DNA from: Torpedo marmorata
Lineage: Eukaryota
NCBI GenBank assembly: GCA_977017645.1
Contig: OZ360233.1
Span: 71,982,001-72,046,000 of the forward strand
Reading direction: 5' to 3'
Length of the DNA stretch: 64,000 nt
The notes under the pieces were generated by a model, which had not been told where the DNA came from, made no database searches, and saw only the letters and a program-made list of their open reading frames with translations. Shown piece by piece: positions 1 through 13,070 of this stretch. The stretch's first letter is position 1, and each line of letters starts with the position of its first letter. Made by a program: the position numbers and the translations under genes.

Positions 1-485
1 GATATCAATAAGATTGACATAGTGAAGAGAAGATTTACTGGGATGTTGCCAGGACTTCAGGAACTGAGTTAAACAGGTTAGGACTTTATTCCCTGGAGCG
101 TAGAAGGAGGAGGAGGGATTTGGTTGACGTATACAAAATTATGATGGGTATAGACAGAGTAAATGCAAGGAGGCTTTTTCCACTGAGGTTAGCTGGGAGA
201 CAAACCAGAGGACTTGGGTTAAAGGTGAAAGGGGGAAGAGTTCAGGGGGAAGATTAGGGGGAACTTCTTCACACAGAGAGTGGTGGGGGTGTGCAACGAG
301 CTGCCATCTTAAGTGGTGATTGTGGCCTCAATTTCAAAATTTAAGAAGAATTTGGACAGGTACATGGATGGGAGAGGTATGGAGGGAAATGGACTGGGTG
401 CAGGTGAGTGGGATGAGGCAGAATAATAGTTTGGCACAGACTAGAAGGGCTGAAGGGCTCATTTTCGGGGCTGTAATGTTCTTTG
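1..485 (+). mobile_element. CR1 (HER1-like) LINE 3' fragment
   Basis: Degenerate CR1 ORF2 C-terminus and 3' UTR motifs (ttcttcacacagagagtggtg...gagctgcca...ttggacaggtacatggatggg); similar to the copies at 21600-21970 and 35600-36119. Confidence 0.8.
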
Positions 486-939
486 GTTCAATGGCTCCCA
501 AAATGCATCACTTCACTCTTGTCTGAGTTAAAGTTCACCTAAAATGCCCTGGTAGATCCAGCGGAGGGAACTGTGGAAGATGAGCTGCATCCACAAACAA
601 GAAAGTTTAAGAGAATTCACAACTCGTATCATGGCTTTGAGTAAATGAAGACACACGGGTTGGGAATTCCAGCAAGGTTAATAACTGGGAAGTCAGTTTG
701 TGGCAAAATAAAGGGGGGTGGGGGTGGTGAAACATTAGAAATAAACACAGCTGGGAGTGATTTAGATTACATTGTCTGTAAAGAATGGGGGCAGCAGATT
801 CAGTACAGACAGAAATATAACTACAGGTGAAGCAACAAGAGAATCAAATAAATTGATCCACCAACTAGAAGGGCTGTGGATTCTAAGTGGTATTTAATGG
901 CCCTTGCTGATTATTGCGCCAACAATTTCTGCTAATTTA

Positions 940-1203
940 CTGTGGAACTGACCAATCTGCAACCTTCCCCATGAATGCTCCCCACGTGATGGGAGTTGTC
1001 AGCGCTGGAAGGAGGTGGCGCCGCCGCCGCATTTATTGCCCACTCTGCAACACATCAGCTGATCGCTAGCTGCGTTTGGGACGAGGAGGGCGCCATCTTA
1101 ATTCAGAAGCCGGGGGGCTGGTGCAGTTTTTGCCTGCCGCCAGGGTGGTGATCCGATAAGAGCTCTCGCTGCCAGGAGTACAGCTTCCCCGAAGGTCGTT
1201 GTG
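940..1203 (+). promoter_or_regulatory. Putative RAB21 promoter / 5' UTR
   Basis: GC/CpG-enriched stretch before the ATG; CCAAT 952-956, CACGTG E-box 983-988, YY1-type CGCCATCTT 1091-1099; good Kozak gtgATGG. TSS not determinable. Confidence 0.5.
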
Positions 1204-1335
1204 ATGGCAGCAGCCACTGGCAGAAGTTACTGTTTCAAAGTAGTGCTGCTGGGAGAAGGCTGCGTGGGTAAAACCTCCCTGGTGTTGAGATATTGTGAGA
1301 ATAAATTTAGTGACAAACACATAAGCACGTTACAG
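1204..1335 (+). CDS. RAB21: RAB21-like GTPase exon 1 (MAAATGRSYCFKVVLLGEGCVGKTSLVLRYCENKFSDKHISTLQ)
   Basis: P-loop GEGCVGKTS characteristic of Rab21; donor CAG|GTGAG at 1336. Confidence 0.96.
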
Positions 1336-2978
1336 GTGAGTTCAGGGGAGGGTGGTGTCTCTTCACCCTGACTTTGGTCAGTTGGATACAAGGTTACCGC
1401 TGAAAGTGACAAGAAACTGACGTGAAACTTAACGTGTTAGAACCAGTGCAGTTTTGGAAACAGTGGTGTTTGTGTTTGCGGATTTCCAGGCTGCTGGTAT
1501 TTTGCATGTGAGCGCACTTTGAAATCCTGAAACTTTGAAAACACTTTTTGAATTTTGAAAGGCCTCGTTGCAACTTTGTAATCACTTTTTGACCCTTTAA
1601 TAACAGTCTACATGGCGTGGAGTTTAAATTACCTACGTGCTAATGCAATATTTGTTGCTGTTCGTGGCATTGCAGTGCTGAGAGAAAATAGATGAATGGA
1701 GATTTAGGTTTTAAAAAAGAAACATTGTTACCTGTTCGTGGTTGTTCTGTGTACCGATCATATTTGTGAGCGGTTATTGGTTGTAGAACATAGAACATTA
1801 CAGACAGTACAGGCCCTTCGGCCCTCCATGTTGTGCTGACCCATATATTCATTTTTTTAAAAACGAAACCCTCCCTACCCCGTAACCCTCTATTTTTCTT
1901 CCATCGATGTGTCGACAACTCTGTTTAAAAAAATAAAAATAAAATAAAATAAATAAAATTTTTAAAAAAACTTACCCCTGCTGTCTACCCTAAACTTTGT
2001 AGCTCACGGGCTTGGAGCTGTCTCTGTTTCGGATCTCTCTAAAGAACCAAATTTGACTGGAGTTTAATACCATTTGAAGCAGAACATGCGATACCACATT
2101 AACCAAATTGTTGGTGTGATTTAAAAAATAAAATAAAATAATGGATGTTGTTGGCATAGTATGTAGCCGTAAATCTAATGCAGGTTCAGATTTTGTTTGA
2201 GCTGCTAACTTTGCTAATGTGTTTAAAGTTGTTTTCAGATTTCGGTCTGCTTCAGTAGACAGGGTAATAATTAAAAAAAAATGTGTACTTTGTCTGTCGG
2301 GACACTTGAGTACAAAAGATAGGAAGTCGTGTTGCACATGTCTGAAACTTGGTGTTGGGTACAATTCTGGTCTTAACCCCCCCCCTTATACAGGATGCTC
2401 TGGAGAGGATGCAGAAGAGCATGTTGTACAGCGATATGGAGGTTGGAAACAATTGGCACATAGGAGGCTGAACGTGGGTAACATTGAGGGATAAATAGGG
2501 TAGAGGGTCTGAGGCCTTTCCCAGGATGGAAATGTCAAATACTAGGGAGCATAGGTTTAAGGCAAGATGGGGAAGATTTTAAAGGATCTGTAAGTCACTT
2601 TTTATGTAGTGGTAGATGCCTGCAATGCTCTGGGAGGGGAGGGGGGAGATGAGGGTGGGGCAGAAGGCTGCTGCTGGAAACAGATTCAATAGCAGCGTTT
2701 GAGGCATTTACACAGGTGAGTGGCTAGGCAGTGAATGGAGAAATTTTGACATGCGAGTGGGTGGGATTAGCTTAATCTAGCACACATTGTGGGCCAAAGG
2801 GTCTAGTTCTGTGCTGAACTGTTCCATGTTTATTCTCCTTGAGGACATACCCATGAGTAAGGTTGTGCAATGTTAATCCATCTTGGTTCAAACGATTGTA
2901 CATTTTTTTTGTAAAGAGTTTGCATTTGCTTTGTAACCTGCAAACTTGGTCTTTGGTCTAGTTTCCAAGTAGGCTGTA

Positions 2979-3194
2979 GGCCTTTTCACACCGCCGAAGT
3001 TTGGTGACCCTCCTAGGACCCGGGTAAAGTTCCTGGGAAGGCTGCACCTCCGGGGCCTTTCACACCGCAGCCTTACCTGGTAAATCGGCAACCGGGCATT
3101 TTAAGGGGGGTCCCGCCTCCAGCGATGACATTGTGAGTGACGCGTTATGCACTCACAGGAAGTGTTTCGTACTATCCTTGCAAATTTTTCTTCT

Positions 3195-3228
<34 letters not shown>

Positions 3229-3922
3229 TTTTGCTCAGCGCCGGACCAGCCAATGGGAAGCACGGAGGGGAAGGGCCACGGTCTTTCGGAGGGCCCATGC
3301 AGTGCGTGTGGCTGGGACCGGGAGAACTGCAGCGGCGGCATCAATGCGGGATCAGTGTCTATCTTCATTACCCATAATCCCCCATGCAGCTGAAACCGCT
3401 CTGCCATTGCCAGGGAAATGCAGAGCGGTTCCAGCTGCGTGGGGGATTATGGGTAATGAAAACAGCCATTGATCCCGCATTGAGCCGCCGCCGCCCTGAG
3501 CGGGCCCGTTGTTTTTTGATTTCAGTGAATAGGTGAAAGTTACAAGTTTTGAAATTTTAAAATACTTTTAATATTGTGGCTTAGTTCCCTTTGGCATCAT
3601 TAAAGTAACATTTCTATTGTCGTAGCTCTTATTTCTATTGTTATTTGACAGCTTGTCAGTCAGGGGTTTTATGTGACGCACACACGCAGGCGCTGACGTC
3701 ACTAATCTTACCAGGTAAGCCATTTGTGCTTTCACACCGCCAGAAGGCGAATGGCGGGTTAACTCGGCCGGGCTCCGAGCGTACCCCCTGACCAGGTCTC
3801 GGAGCCTGGTCTATTTTGACCTGCCATGCCTAGTTGGGACGTTTCACACTGCATGATTACCGGGTAAGTTACCGGGTAAATTGCCCGATTAACCCACATG
3901 TACTTGGCAGTGTGAAAGGGCT
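2979..3922. mobile_element. Non-autonomous DNA transposon (PIF/Harbinger-like MITE)
   Basis: TIRs GGCCTTTTCACACCGCCGAAGT / ACTTGGCAGTGTGAAAGGGCT; internal repeats of TTTCACACYGC and palindromic TTACCNGGTAA; internal hairpin 3332-3491; TSD not clean. Confidence 0.7.
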
Positions 3923-4599
3923 CAAAGTTGCGGGCATACGTTTGCATAGGACTGACAGTTGTGCATTGTCAACCTGTTGAAAGCGATACCTTAAAAAAAT
4001 ATTTACTTTCAGCATTCTGTCTGAAGATCTTTGGTTACTTCCCACATTGTGCAGAATATTGTTTTAATACATTTTTTTGGGGGAGACTTTGGGTGAGTTT
4101 TTATGTATTCAGAAAATAAAATGCTGAACATTCATCTGGTCAGCCAGTATCTTCTATGAAGAGAAACAAAATTTCAGGTTGATCATCAGAACCCAAGTTC
4201 CTGACAATCTGAACCTTGAAATAAAGCAGAGTATATGGTGTTTAAACCATGAAGCTGCTCTGTTTGAGATTGGAGAGATGCTAAATCTTGTGGTGTGAGG
4301 AGAACTTGTTTTTGTGGATTACAGGGTTGGGCTGTGGAGAAGCAACAGAGAATGCTTTGTTAAATTGGGTCATCTGCTCTTAAATGGTTTAAAAGGAATA
4401 AAACTACTCCTTGGGGAAACTAACATTTTAGATGAAATGACAAGCAATCGTGGAGATTTGAAGTTTTAGGTTGGATGATTTTTTAAATTTGTATCAGCGT
4501 AGATTACTAATGACTGAAACACAGTGATAGGGTGTTGTATTGTGTATAATTCAACGAATGGAATGAGTGAATCCCGGAGAGCATCTTGTAAAGAGAGTC

Positions 4600-4852
4600 G
4601 CTACACTCTTTTTGCAGAAAGTAGTGAATCTGTAGAATTCTTTGCCCAAGGAAGCAGCAGAGTTGCTTCATTAAATATATTTAAGACACAGTTGGACTTT
4701 TGCAGAGTAAGGAATTAAGGGTTATGGGGGGGGGGGGGGGGGGGGGTGGGGAAGGCATGTAGGATGACTCAGCTCCATGATCAGTCATGATCTTATTGAA
4801 TGGCGGAGCGGGCTTGATGGTCAAGATGGCCGACTTCTGCTCCTATTTCTTA
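4600..4852 (+). mobile_element. CR1 3' UTR fragment
   Basis: catgatcttattgaatggcgg...ctcctatttctta, matching the 3' end of the CR1 at 35930-36119. Confidence 0.7.
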
Positions 4853-5759
4853 ATTGTCTTCTAATCCTGTGTGGGATCACAAGAAACCAAATTTTATAAT
4901 TTCATTAAAGATCCAAATGGAGAGGACTTGACCACAAAGTCAGTGCAACCACATCTCAATACCTTCGCTGCGAAGCCCACTCTTGACCCGCACTTGGTAT
5001 CTCCTTCATGTGGTTTGGTATTCTTAATGATGAGGTTTGGGTCATTGTGACTAGCTGCTATACAGTTGCAAATGATTTCTTGTTGACACGTTTGTGTACT
5101 TAAATAATTTCCATCAGCTGATTTCACTTAGTGCTTTGAGAAATTGAATGAAGAATTTGAACCACACTTTCCATGCAATGTCCCATGTTTGACTTGGCAT
5201 TACAGCCACATATACTAGTGTGGAACCTCTATCTGCTAGATATTCCACATGCTTTTGTTTGAAATGTACACTTTGATATCAAGAATATTACATTAAAATT
5301 TGGGAAATTTAAGTACTTCAAATAAGTTGGCCACTTAAAGTGATGGGGTGAGATTTTCGGATGATGGAACAGCTATTTTATGCTGACGGTAACAGGGACT
5401 GTCAAACTACATTGAGGAGAGATGAAAGAGACTGGCAAATTTGTTCAAGTTTAGAAAAATGCAATGATCTCATTGACATATTTAAAATTTGTAGTGGTTG
5501 GCAGGATTGGTGTTTCCCTGTTATAACCAGGAGTTGTAATCCAATCTGGCCTGTCAGCAGTGAAATGGGTAAATTCTTCACTGAGTGGTTAGTTAAAACG
5601 TGCAGTGCTCCAAGTGGCTGTGAAGGCTTGGTCTGACTACAACAGAGCAATAGAGGTTATAGGCCTTTTCTCTCTTTTTAAAATCTCTTTATTGTTATTG
5701 GCCTTTTCAAAGATCTATTTCATAATTAAATTGGAGCAATAACATGTTTCTTATTTTAG

Positions 5760-5819
5760 GCATCCTTTTTGACAAAGAAGTTGAATATTAGTGGGAAGCG
5801 AGTGACTCTTGCAATATGG
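5760..5819 (+). CDS. RAB21: RAB21-like exon 2 (ASFLTKKLNISGKRVTLAIW)
   Basis: ttttag| acceptor, TGG|GTGAG donor, phase 0, Rab21 switch I region. Confidence 0.95.
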
Positions 5820-6104
5820 GTGAGTAACTGATTGAAATGGTTTTAGGGATGGTCATAACTTTTTGAAACAACACTGTGGTACAATATTCCACATACATTT
5901 TGTATGGACATAACTGTTGGAAACCATAAATAAAATGTGTTTTGCCATTGTTTTAAGTACTGTTTCACCATCCTCTTTGCCCATTTTAGTTAAAATCATG
6001 GGTTGTTTGGGCACAAGTTTGAATCCAATACTTCTTAAAATAAAACAGTAAGGGAATGTGTTTGAAATGTCACAAAGCTTTGGTTCTAGCCAGCATAAAA
6101 CATA

Positions 6105-6320
6105 ATCTGCTGGAGGAACTCAGCGGGTTGAGTTGCGTGGGTGGGTGAGAAACGATGGTTGATGTTTCGGGTCACTACCCTTCAAGTCTTGAAGCCTTCA
6201 CAAAATCTTTCGGCTCAGCATTGACTGTTCTTTTTCTTCACTGGTGCTGCCTGACCCACTAAGTTCCTCCAGCAGATTTATTTTCTTTTTTACTCCAGAT
6301 TCTAACATCCGCACTCTCGT
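6105..6320. repeat. Penelope-derived short inverted-repeat element
   Basis: ctgctggaggaactcagcggg ... cccactaagttcctccagcag inverted arms matching the Penelope terminus at 18000-18075. Confidence 0.65.
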
Positions 6321-7303
6321 GTGTCCCATTAGGTTTAACCAGTTGAGTTAAACTCACCAAGACAAAAGATCAATAACAATTGGATATATTGTTGTAATTA
6401 AACCAGTTCATAACTGACAATTTATCATAACTAAACCTTAATGGAACTCTTCTGGAGAAGAAATTCTTTTTTTTTTTTTTTTTTTGGAACTGAATATCCG
6501 GACTAGGTTTGAAAGGATGGTGCAAAAAAAAAAAATCTTAATTTCAGGCAAATTCCAGGACTCTTGTGCTTTTGAGTGATTTCTCAGCCTGTAACCCACC
6601 CAACTTTTCAGTGCAACACTTTTGTTTGAAGCCAGAAAACAGTGGCGTTGACTTGCAGATGGAGCCGAAAGTTCTGTCGAGATAAAACATGTTCTCTCTT
6701 TCTTGGGTGCTTCCTGGTTTTTGAGGATGATCTGCTTACACTTTGGTCACCTCTGAATCAATGAAGCCAAATTGGGAACTAGCCCTCCTATTCACAGATA
6801 GGGTGTATGATGGGATGTGTGGATAGGTAGTTTTAGAAGTGACACATTCCTTGTGTCACTTACCTTGGGCCTTTGGTGTTCCCAACACATGGACTCATTC
6901 TCCATAACATCTCCAACACTCGTTCTGTACTTTTAGTCACAGGCCAAGGATTTCCAATGGTGGGGTTGATATATCTTCTCCCGGAAGTCTTTGAATCTGT
7001 TCCTCTACCCATCTGGTAATATCTCCATGTGTTGCCTGAACAGAATATCTTCACTGTGAATGGTGATAATGCTCTGGTGCAGAATAACTGGTTTTCCTCT
7101 GACCATAAATGTGGTCCCTATGGATAAGTAGACGTACACGTGCTTGTCTGAGATCCTATGATATTTGTGCAGTCGTGTTTGGAAATTTGATCTGTTTGTG
7201 TATGCTCCATCTGAGTATCACTTTTCACAGAACACTTGGTGGCAGTCTGTTTATGGAGTTCCAATCTGACTCTGGTAGATGGTGCTTCAATGGAGAGTGT
7301 TCT

Positions 7304-8654
7304 TTTTAAAAAAATATTTTATTTAAAATTTTAAATCGCAAAATACATAGATTAAAATATAAAATTATCAAAAATACTTGTGATACATTTTATCCCACCC
7401 TCCCCAACCCTCCCAACCCCACTAATCTAATAAAATAATTTAAAAAAAAAAAGGAAGAAATAGAAAAGAAAAAGATAAGGTAAGGAGAATGTCAATCTAA
7501 TAAATACATCTATAAACTAATTCTATTATGGAGGTTAGGTAGCCAGTAGATCCAATGTCCAGAGATCTTCAAATCCTTAAGCCAACAGCTTTCATATAAG
7601 GGCTCCATATTTTTAAAAAGAAAGATATTTATTCCATAAGTTATAAGTAATTTTTTCAAGTGGTATACATGAACGAAGTTCTGCATGCCATCTTCCTAAC
7701 CCTAAATCAACATCAGATTTCCAAGTAATAGCAATGCATTTCTTTGAAACAGCTAAAGCAATTCGCAAAAATTCTATTTGATACATATTTAATTTCATCT
7801 TAATACTAAATTTTTTAATATCTCCAAACAAAAATATCATAGGATCCATCAGGAATATAATCTTAAATACTTTATCTAAATTTTTTTTAACTTTGAACCA
7901 AAAATCGTAGACTTTTGGACAAAACCATGTAGAATGTACAAAAGAACCTTCCTCTTTATTACATCTAAAACATAAACCTGATAATGTCGGATTAAATTTC
8001 TTTAATTTCTTAGGTGTTAAATATAATTGATGATAAAAAATTGTATTGTACTAATCTATATCTAACATTAATAATCTTCGTCATACTTAATTTACACAAT
8101 TCTTTCCAATGATTTTCATCTATTGTTACGTTCAAATCTAATTCCCATTTTAATCTTGATTTATGAATTCCTACTTTAGGGATTTTCCTCTGAAACAATT
8201 TATACATTTGAGAAATAAATTTATTAACATCTCCATTAGTAACTAATAATTCTAATTCATTCTGTCTTGGTAAAATCAAAGCATAACCTAATTTCTCAAT
8301 CAGAAAAGCTCTAATTTGATAATAAGCAAAAAGTGTATTATCTAATATATTAAATTTATCTTTCATTCTTTGAAAAGTAATAAATTTCCCAGCTTCAAAA
8401 CAATCATTTATTTTCTTAATTCCTTTTTGAAACCAAATTTTAAATAATTGATTATTAATAGTAAATGGAATAAGTCCATTTTGATATAAAGGCATCCTTG
8501 AAGAAATCAATCCTTTTCCTCCTATTTCCTTATCTGTCTTATTCCATATTTCTATCAAATGTTTAAGAATAGGAGAATTTTTCTTTCTTGTTGATATTAA
8601 TTTAGAGTCCCATTTATAAATAACTTCTTTGAAATCTTCTCCTATATTATTTAG
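7304..8654 (-). mobile_element. 5'-truncated L1/Tx1-clade LINE (ORF2 C-terminus + 3' UTR)
   Basis: ORFs 8010-8675 and 7613-7849 resemble the L1 ORF2 C-terminal region; CFRC..HSTWFC zinc knuckle at ~7915-7985; AATAAA/A-rich tail; perfect 15-bp TSD AATGGAGAGTGTTCT at 7289-7303 and 8655-8669. Confidence 0.85.
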
Positions 8655-9047
8655 AATGGAGAGTGTTCTGATCAAGTTCTTTGCAGGTTAGCCAAACAAT
8701 TGGTGACTGAAATTCAAAAACCTCTCTGCTTCTAGTGAAGTGATTGAATTTCTGTTTGAGTCATTCTGTTCAAATGATTAAAGATTTGGTGACTGTGACC
8801 TGGACAGTAGCTTGTACCTGATTAAAGAAGCTGGAAGGACTCAGTAGATCAGGCATTATACATGGAGAGACCTTGTCAGTCAACGTTTTGGGTCAGTAAA
8901 GAGGAGATAGCAAGCATAAAAAAAGTGGGGGGAGGGGGGGGGGAGGAAGGGAAGGGCCAAGTGATAGGATACTGGATCAAAAGGAGGTGGTGAGGTGGGT
9001 GGCAACCATGGGGGAGGGAAAGAGGTTGGAGAGAAAAGGTGAGAACT

Positions 9048-9300
9048 GTTATTGTAGCGGTTAGCGCAACCCCTTTACACTACCAGTGACCTGGGTTTGA
9101 ATCCAGCGCTATCTGTAAAGAGTTTGTACATTCTCCCCATGTCTGTGTCAGCGTGGGTTTCTCCAGGTTCCTCCCACCATCCAAAAAGGTCTGGGGTTTG
9201 TAGGTTAATTGGTATATTTGAGCAGCACGGGCTCATGGGCTGGAAGGGCCTGTTACTGTGCGGTGGCTCTAAATTAATAAATTTAAAAAGTAAATTAAAA
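9048..9300 (+). mobile_element. tRNA-derived V-SINE
   Basis: B-box-like GGTTTGAATCC and V-domain gagtttgtacattctccccatgtctg...gggtttctcc. Confidence 0.75.
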
Positions 9301-10634
9301 ATAAAAATGGCAGGTAAAGGGCGATAGAAATGGTGGAATCGGATCAGGGTGGGAAATTGCCTAAAATTATAAAATTCAATGTTCTTGATGTCAACTGACC
9401 ATTTCCCTTGTGGACACTGCCTGACCTGCTGAATCCTTCCAACTTCTCATTGTTTGCTCAAGATTACAGCGTCTGCAATTCTAGTTTCTGGAACTTGTAC
9501 CTGATCTTGAGCAACCACTAATGCTCCATTCCCCAATCCCCCTTGTGTCGTACCTGCTACTCTGTAATAAGATGGTCCAATATGAAGTATTTCTCAAAGA
9601 AAAGTCTGAGGGGAAATGCTGTTTGTTGGATGTTGCTAGGGGAATTCATTTAAAAAAAAAAAAAAAATTGAGGATGCAGATGCTAGAACCTGGAGCAACA
9701 AACAATCTGCTGGAGGATCTCAGCAGATTGTGCAGCATCAGTAGGAGAACAAGAACGGTCAATGTTTGTGGCTGGAACTCTTCATTTTGCTGATGAGAAA
9801 ATAAGTGTTTATTGGGGAGAGTTGGTATAGATTTGTAAAGGCAGGATGTGCCCAACAAGCCCGACAAAATTATTCTGAGTTTGTGAAAGGGGAATACCAA
9901 TTAATGTTTGTATCGACTTGACCTTGGTAAAAGTATTGATTTGAATGCAGTTCCAGTTTTTAGTGGCCTAGTATCTGTACTCTGGATTCTATTCTCGGGT
10001 GACATTCCACAAACTAAGGTTAGTGTATGACTTTATTGAATGAAACATTGAGATGAACGGAGTAAGTTATGTCGCCCAAAATGGCCTCTTCAGCCCTCCA
10101 ATCATCCAGTACCTACCTGCACAAGTTCTGCATCTCCACCACTGCACCAAATGATCTTCCAAAATGCACCTCTTTGGGATGTGGAAACAAACTGGAGCAC
10201 ATGGAAACGTACATGGTCACGGGGAGAAGGTGCACTCTCGACACAGCGATCGGGACCGAACCTGGCTTGTTGGAGTTTTTGGGCAATTATTTTGCTGACT
10301 GTGCCACCCGTTACGTTTTTGGTGGGGAGTGGTTAAACTGCGCACATGAGGTTTCTTTAAAATAAAACTTGCCTCCCATTGACAACTGCTATCAATTGCT
10401 GTATTTGTTTTTTTAAAGTGTTATGTCACAGATTAACCATTAATAGCAGAACCGGTTTGAACCTTAATAGCTTGTGTTCCCATTTCCCTAAAATTGTTGC
10501 TGTTTTGATTGGTCATTTTTCTTCTCTGTAAAGAAGGGGGATAAGAAATTGAGAAAAATGGTTCAACCCCCAGCTTCCTTTGTTAACTGAAGTGTGACTT
10601 TCTTGGTCTCGTTGTTTTTGGTTTCTCCCCATAA

Positions 10635-10805
<171 letters not shown>

Positions 10806-10831
10806 TAGTTGCATCCATTTATTGTCTAAGG

Positions 10832-11030
10832 CGGCCATTCACAACCGATTTTTGGCTACGGGGCTCTTTGGATTCTGCTCAAAGTTTATGGGCCCCCTTC
10901 CTTGTGAAGCAGTCAAGTTTAGTTGGTTTCTTCTGTACTTCTCACCTACAGACTACATAAAATATGTTATGATTTCAGTCTGTGCCCCCCCCCCCCTTAA
11001 GTGTGTTGTGGCCCCTGTTGAGAATGGCTG
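10832..11030. mobile_element. hAT (Charlie-like) MITE
   Basis: TIRs cggccattcacaac / gttgagaatggctg; perfect 8-bp TSD GTCTAAGG at 10824-10831 and 11031-11038. Confidence 0.8.
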
Positions 11031-11039
11031 GTCTAAGGG

Positions 11040-11161
11040 ACCAACCTGAATCACCTCCTGTATCTCCCAAGTAACTTGTAGAGAGCCATAGGTGCTCTGT
11101 GGTTAGTAAGGGACTACTTAAGGTGGTATGTGAGTGGAAAAGAAAAGGTTGGGAACCACTG
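11040..11161. mobile_element. hAT Charlie-like MITE remnant
   Basis: Same sequence family as the 13071-13448 units (ttaaggtggtatgtgagtgg...gaaccactg). Confidence 0.65.
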
Positions 11162-11839
11162 ACCTCGATGTTGGATAAGAAGAGAAAGCAGCAACCAGAG
11201 GCCACATTAAAGTAACTTGAATAGGGGAGCTAGTGAAATTTTACCAAGGTGGTGCGGATGTGGTGGCTAGAACTTGCTGCCTGAAAGGTGAGAGAATTAG
11301 CAAGTTTGTAAGCACTTTCAAAGTTGCGCTTAAAAAAAAAAACCCACAAATCTGTAGAACAAGAGTTGGACCAGGGAATTGGGTTGAATTATTTTCTATT
11401 GGCCAGCATAAAGACATTTGGCTGAATGGCCTCCTTTGTGTCATTGATTCAAAGACTGAATGGAGTTAAGGGAGGGGGGGTGGGGGGGTGGGGGAGGGAA
11501 GGCGTGGTGAGTGGTCAGCTTCCTGTGTGTCTTGCACACAACTATGACAACCCACAAGGTGGCACGTGGAGCAATAAAATGAATTGGCCTTCAGTCTGTG
11601 GTGGAGAGAGAGATTATTCCTGGGGAAAATTCGGTGCTCTTGTTCCCATGAGTTATTTAATGCCTGGTTAAAGCACCAATGTGTAGTGGGTATGAGCTGG
11701 ATTTTTGGGTAGCTAAATCAGTCCTGAACTGGACAAAGTCCAAGTTGTGTTTGGTTAATAATTTGCAAATTAACACACAGTAACTTGATGCAAAATGAGC
11801 TTTTTGACAATTACAAATCATTTCTAATATCTCATGTCT

Positions 11840-12310
11840 AACTACAGGAAGGATATAGAGGGGTGCAGAAGAGCCTCACCAGGATATTGCTGGAACTTAA
11901 TGGCTTGAATTATAGGGAGAGGCTGGAATGGTGGTGTATTTATCCCCAAGTGAGTCGGGGGCTAATGGATGACTTTGCAGAACTTTATAAAATTGTGAGG
12001 TGCATGGATGAAGTGAATGCTCAGTCTTTTCCCAGGGTAGATGATTCTAGAACTAAAAGGTATAGGTTTACGATGAGGGGAGAGATTGAAGAGGGACCTG
12101 AGGGGCAACTTTTTTTTTTTTTCCCACTCTGAGGTTAGTCTGTCTGTGGAACAAGCAGCCAGAGGAAGCTATAGAAGTGGACACAATTTTGATGTTCAAA
12201 AGGCATTTGGTCCGATATGGATGGAAAGGGCTTCGAAGGGTGTGGACCAAATGCAGGACTCGATGGGAAGAGTTGGGCAGAAGGGCTTGTTCGGTGCTGT
12301 GAGATTCTAG
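11840..12310 (+). mobile_element. Degenerate CR1 3' fragment
   Basis: ORF 11863-12132 resembles the CR1 C-terminus (LNYRERLE...LYKIVR). Confidence 0.65.
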
Positions 12311-12786
12311 GCTGCAGACAGTTGAATGATTTTGCAAATGAATCAGATTGACCATTGTATTTTTGGGACCAAAGTTCTTTTTAAAAAAAATTATAGGATG
12401 AATGTCCAGATGTTCCTTACTTGTGAGAAATACAAAATCAGGGGTCTCAATAAAAGATGACCCTGTTGGAGATTTGACAGAATTTTCATCAACTAGAAGA
12501 TCATTAGAAACGTGAAACTAGATGTAGTTCTGAGAAATAACATGGGTACATTATAGAATTTTGTATGCAAAGAACAACGAGCTGGGGTGATAGAATTAAA
12601 TGGATGTGGGAGGTGGTTTGTGAGGAGCAGCAATGTCAGTAGAGATCACCTGGGTTCAATAGTTGTTTCTGTACGGTAAATCATTTGATAATAACTTTCC
12701 TGCTTGCCCCCCTTTTTTTTGTCTGGACCGTAGATATTGGTATCAGACCCTGCAGAAGTGAATTGAATGTATTTTTAATCCTGCAG

Positions 12787-12850
12787 GTGAAGAATTGGGT
12801 GAAAGAGTTACGGAAAATGCTTGGTAGTGAAATCTCTCTGTGTATTGTAG
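12787..12850 (+). CDS. RAB21: RAB21-like exon 4 (VKNWVKELRKMLGSEISLCIV-G)
   Basis: ctgcag| acceptor, G|GTATGT donor, phase 1. Confidence 0.95.
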
Positions 12851-13070
12851 GTATGTGACCTTTTAATGTCCTCTTCATAACCTGTTCTCTTCAATTGTAC
12901 ACATCGCATCATTCTTGAACCCACATGTACGTGGTTCTGTTTACTAGCCATCCATTCTTAAGGGAAAGAGCTCTTTTAAAAACTTTTGGAATATGGGTAT
13001 TTTCTAGCAAGCTGCTTTTATTGAGGTTATTGCCTTTGAATTGCAGTTTGTGTTGGTCCTTGATCTAAAT

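Noticed and set aside
3332-3491. miRNA precursor
   Set aside because: Hairpin is internal to a MITE and no known mature miRNA was recognised
4725-4750. Poly-G tract as a functional G-quadruplex
   Set aside because: Homopolymer expansion inside a CR1 3' UTR remnant; may be a sequencing artefact
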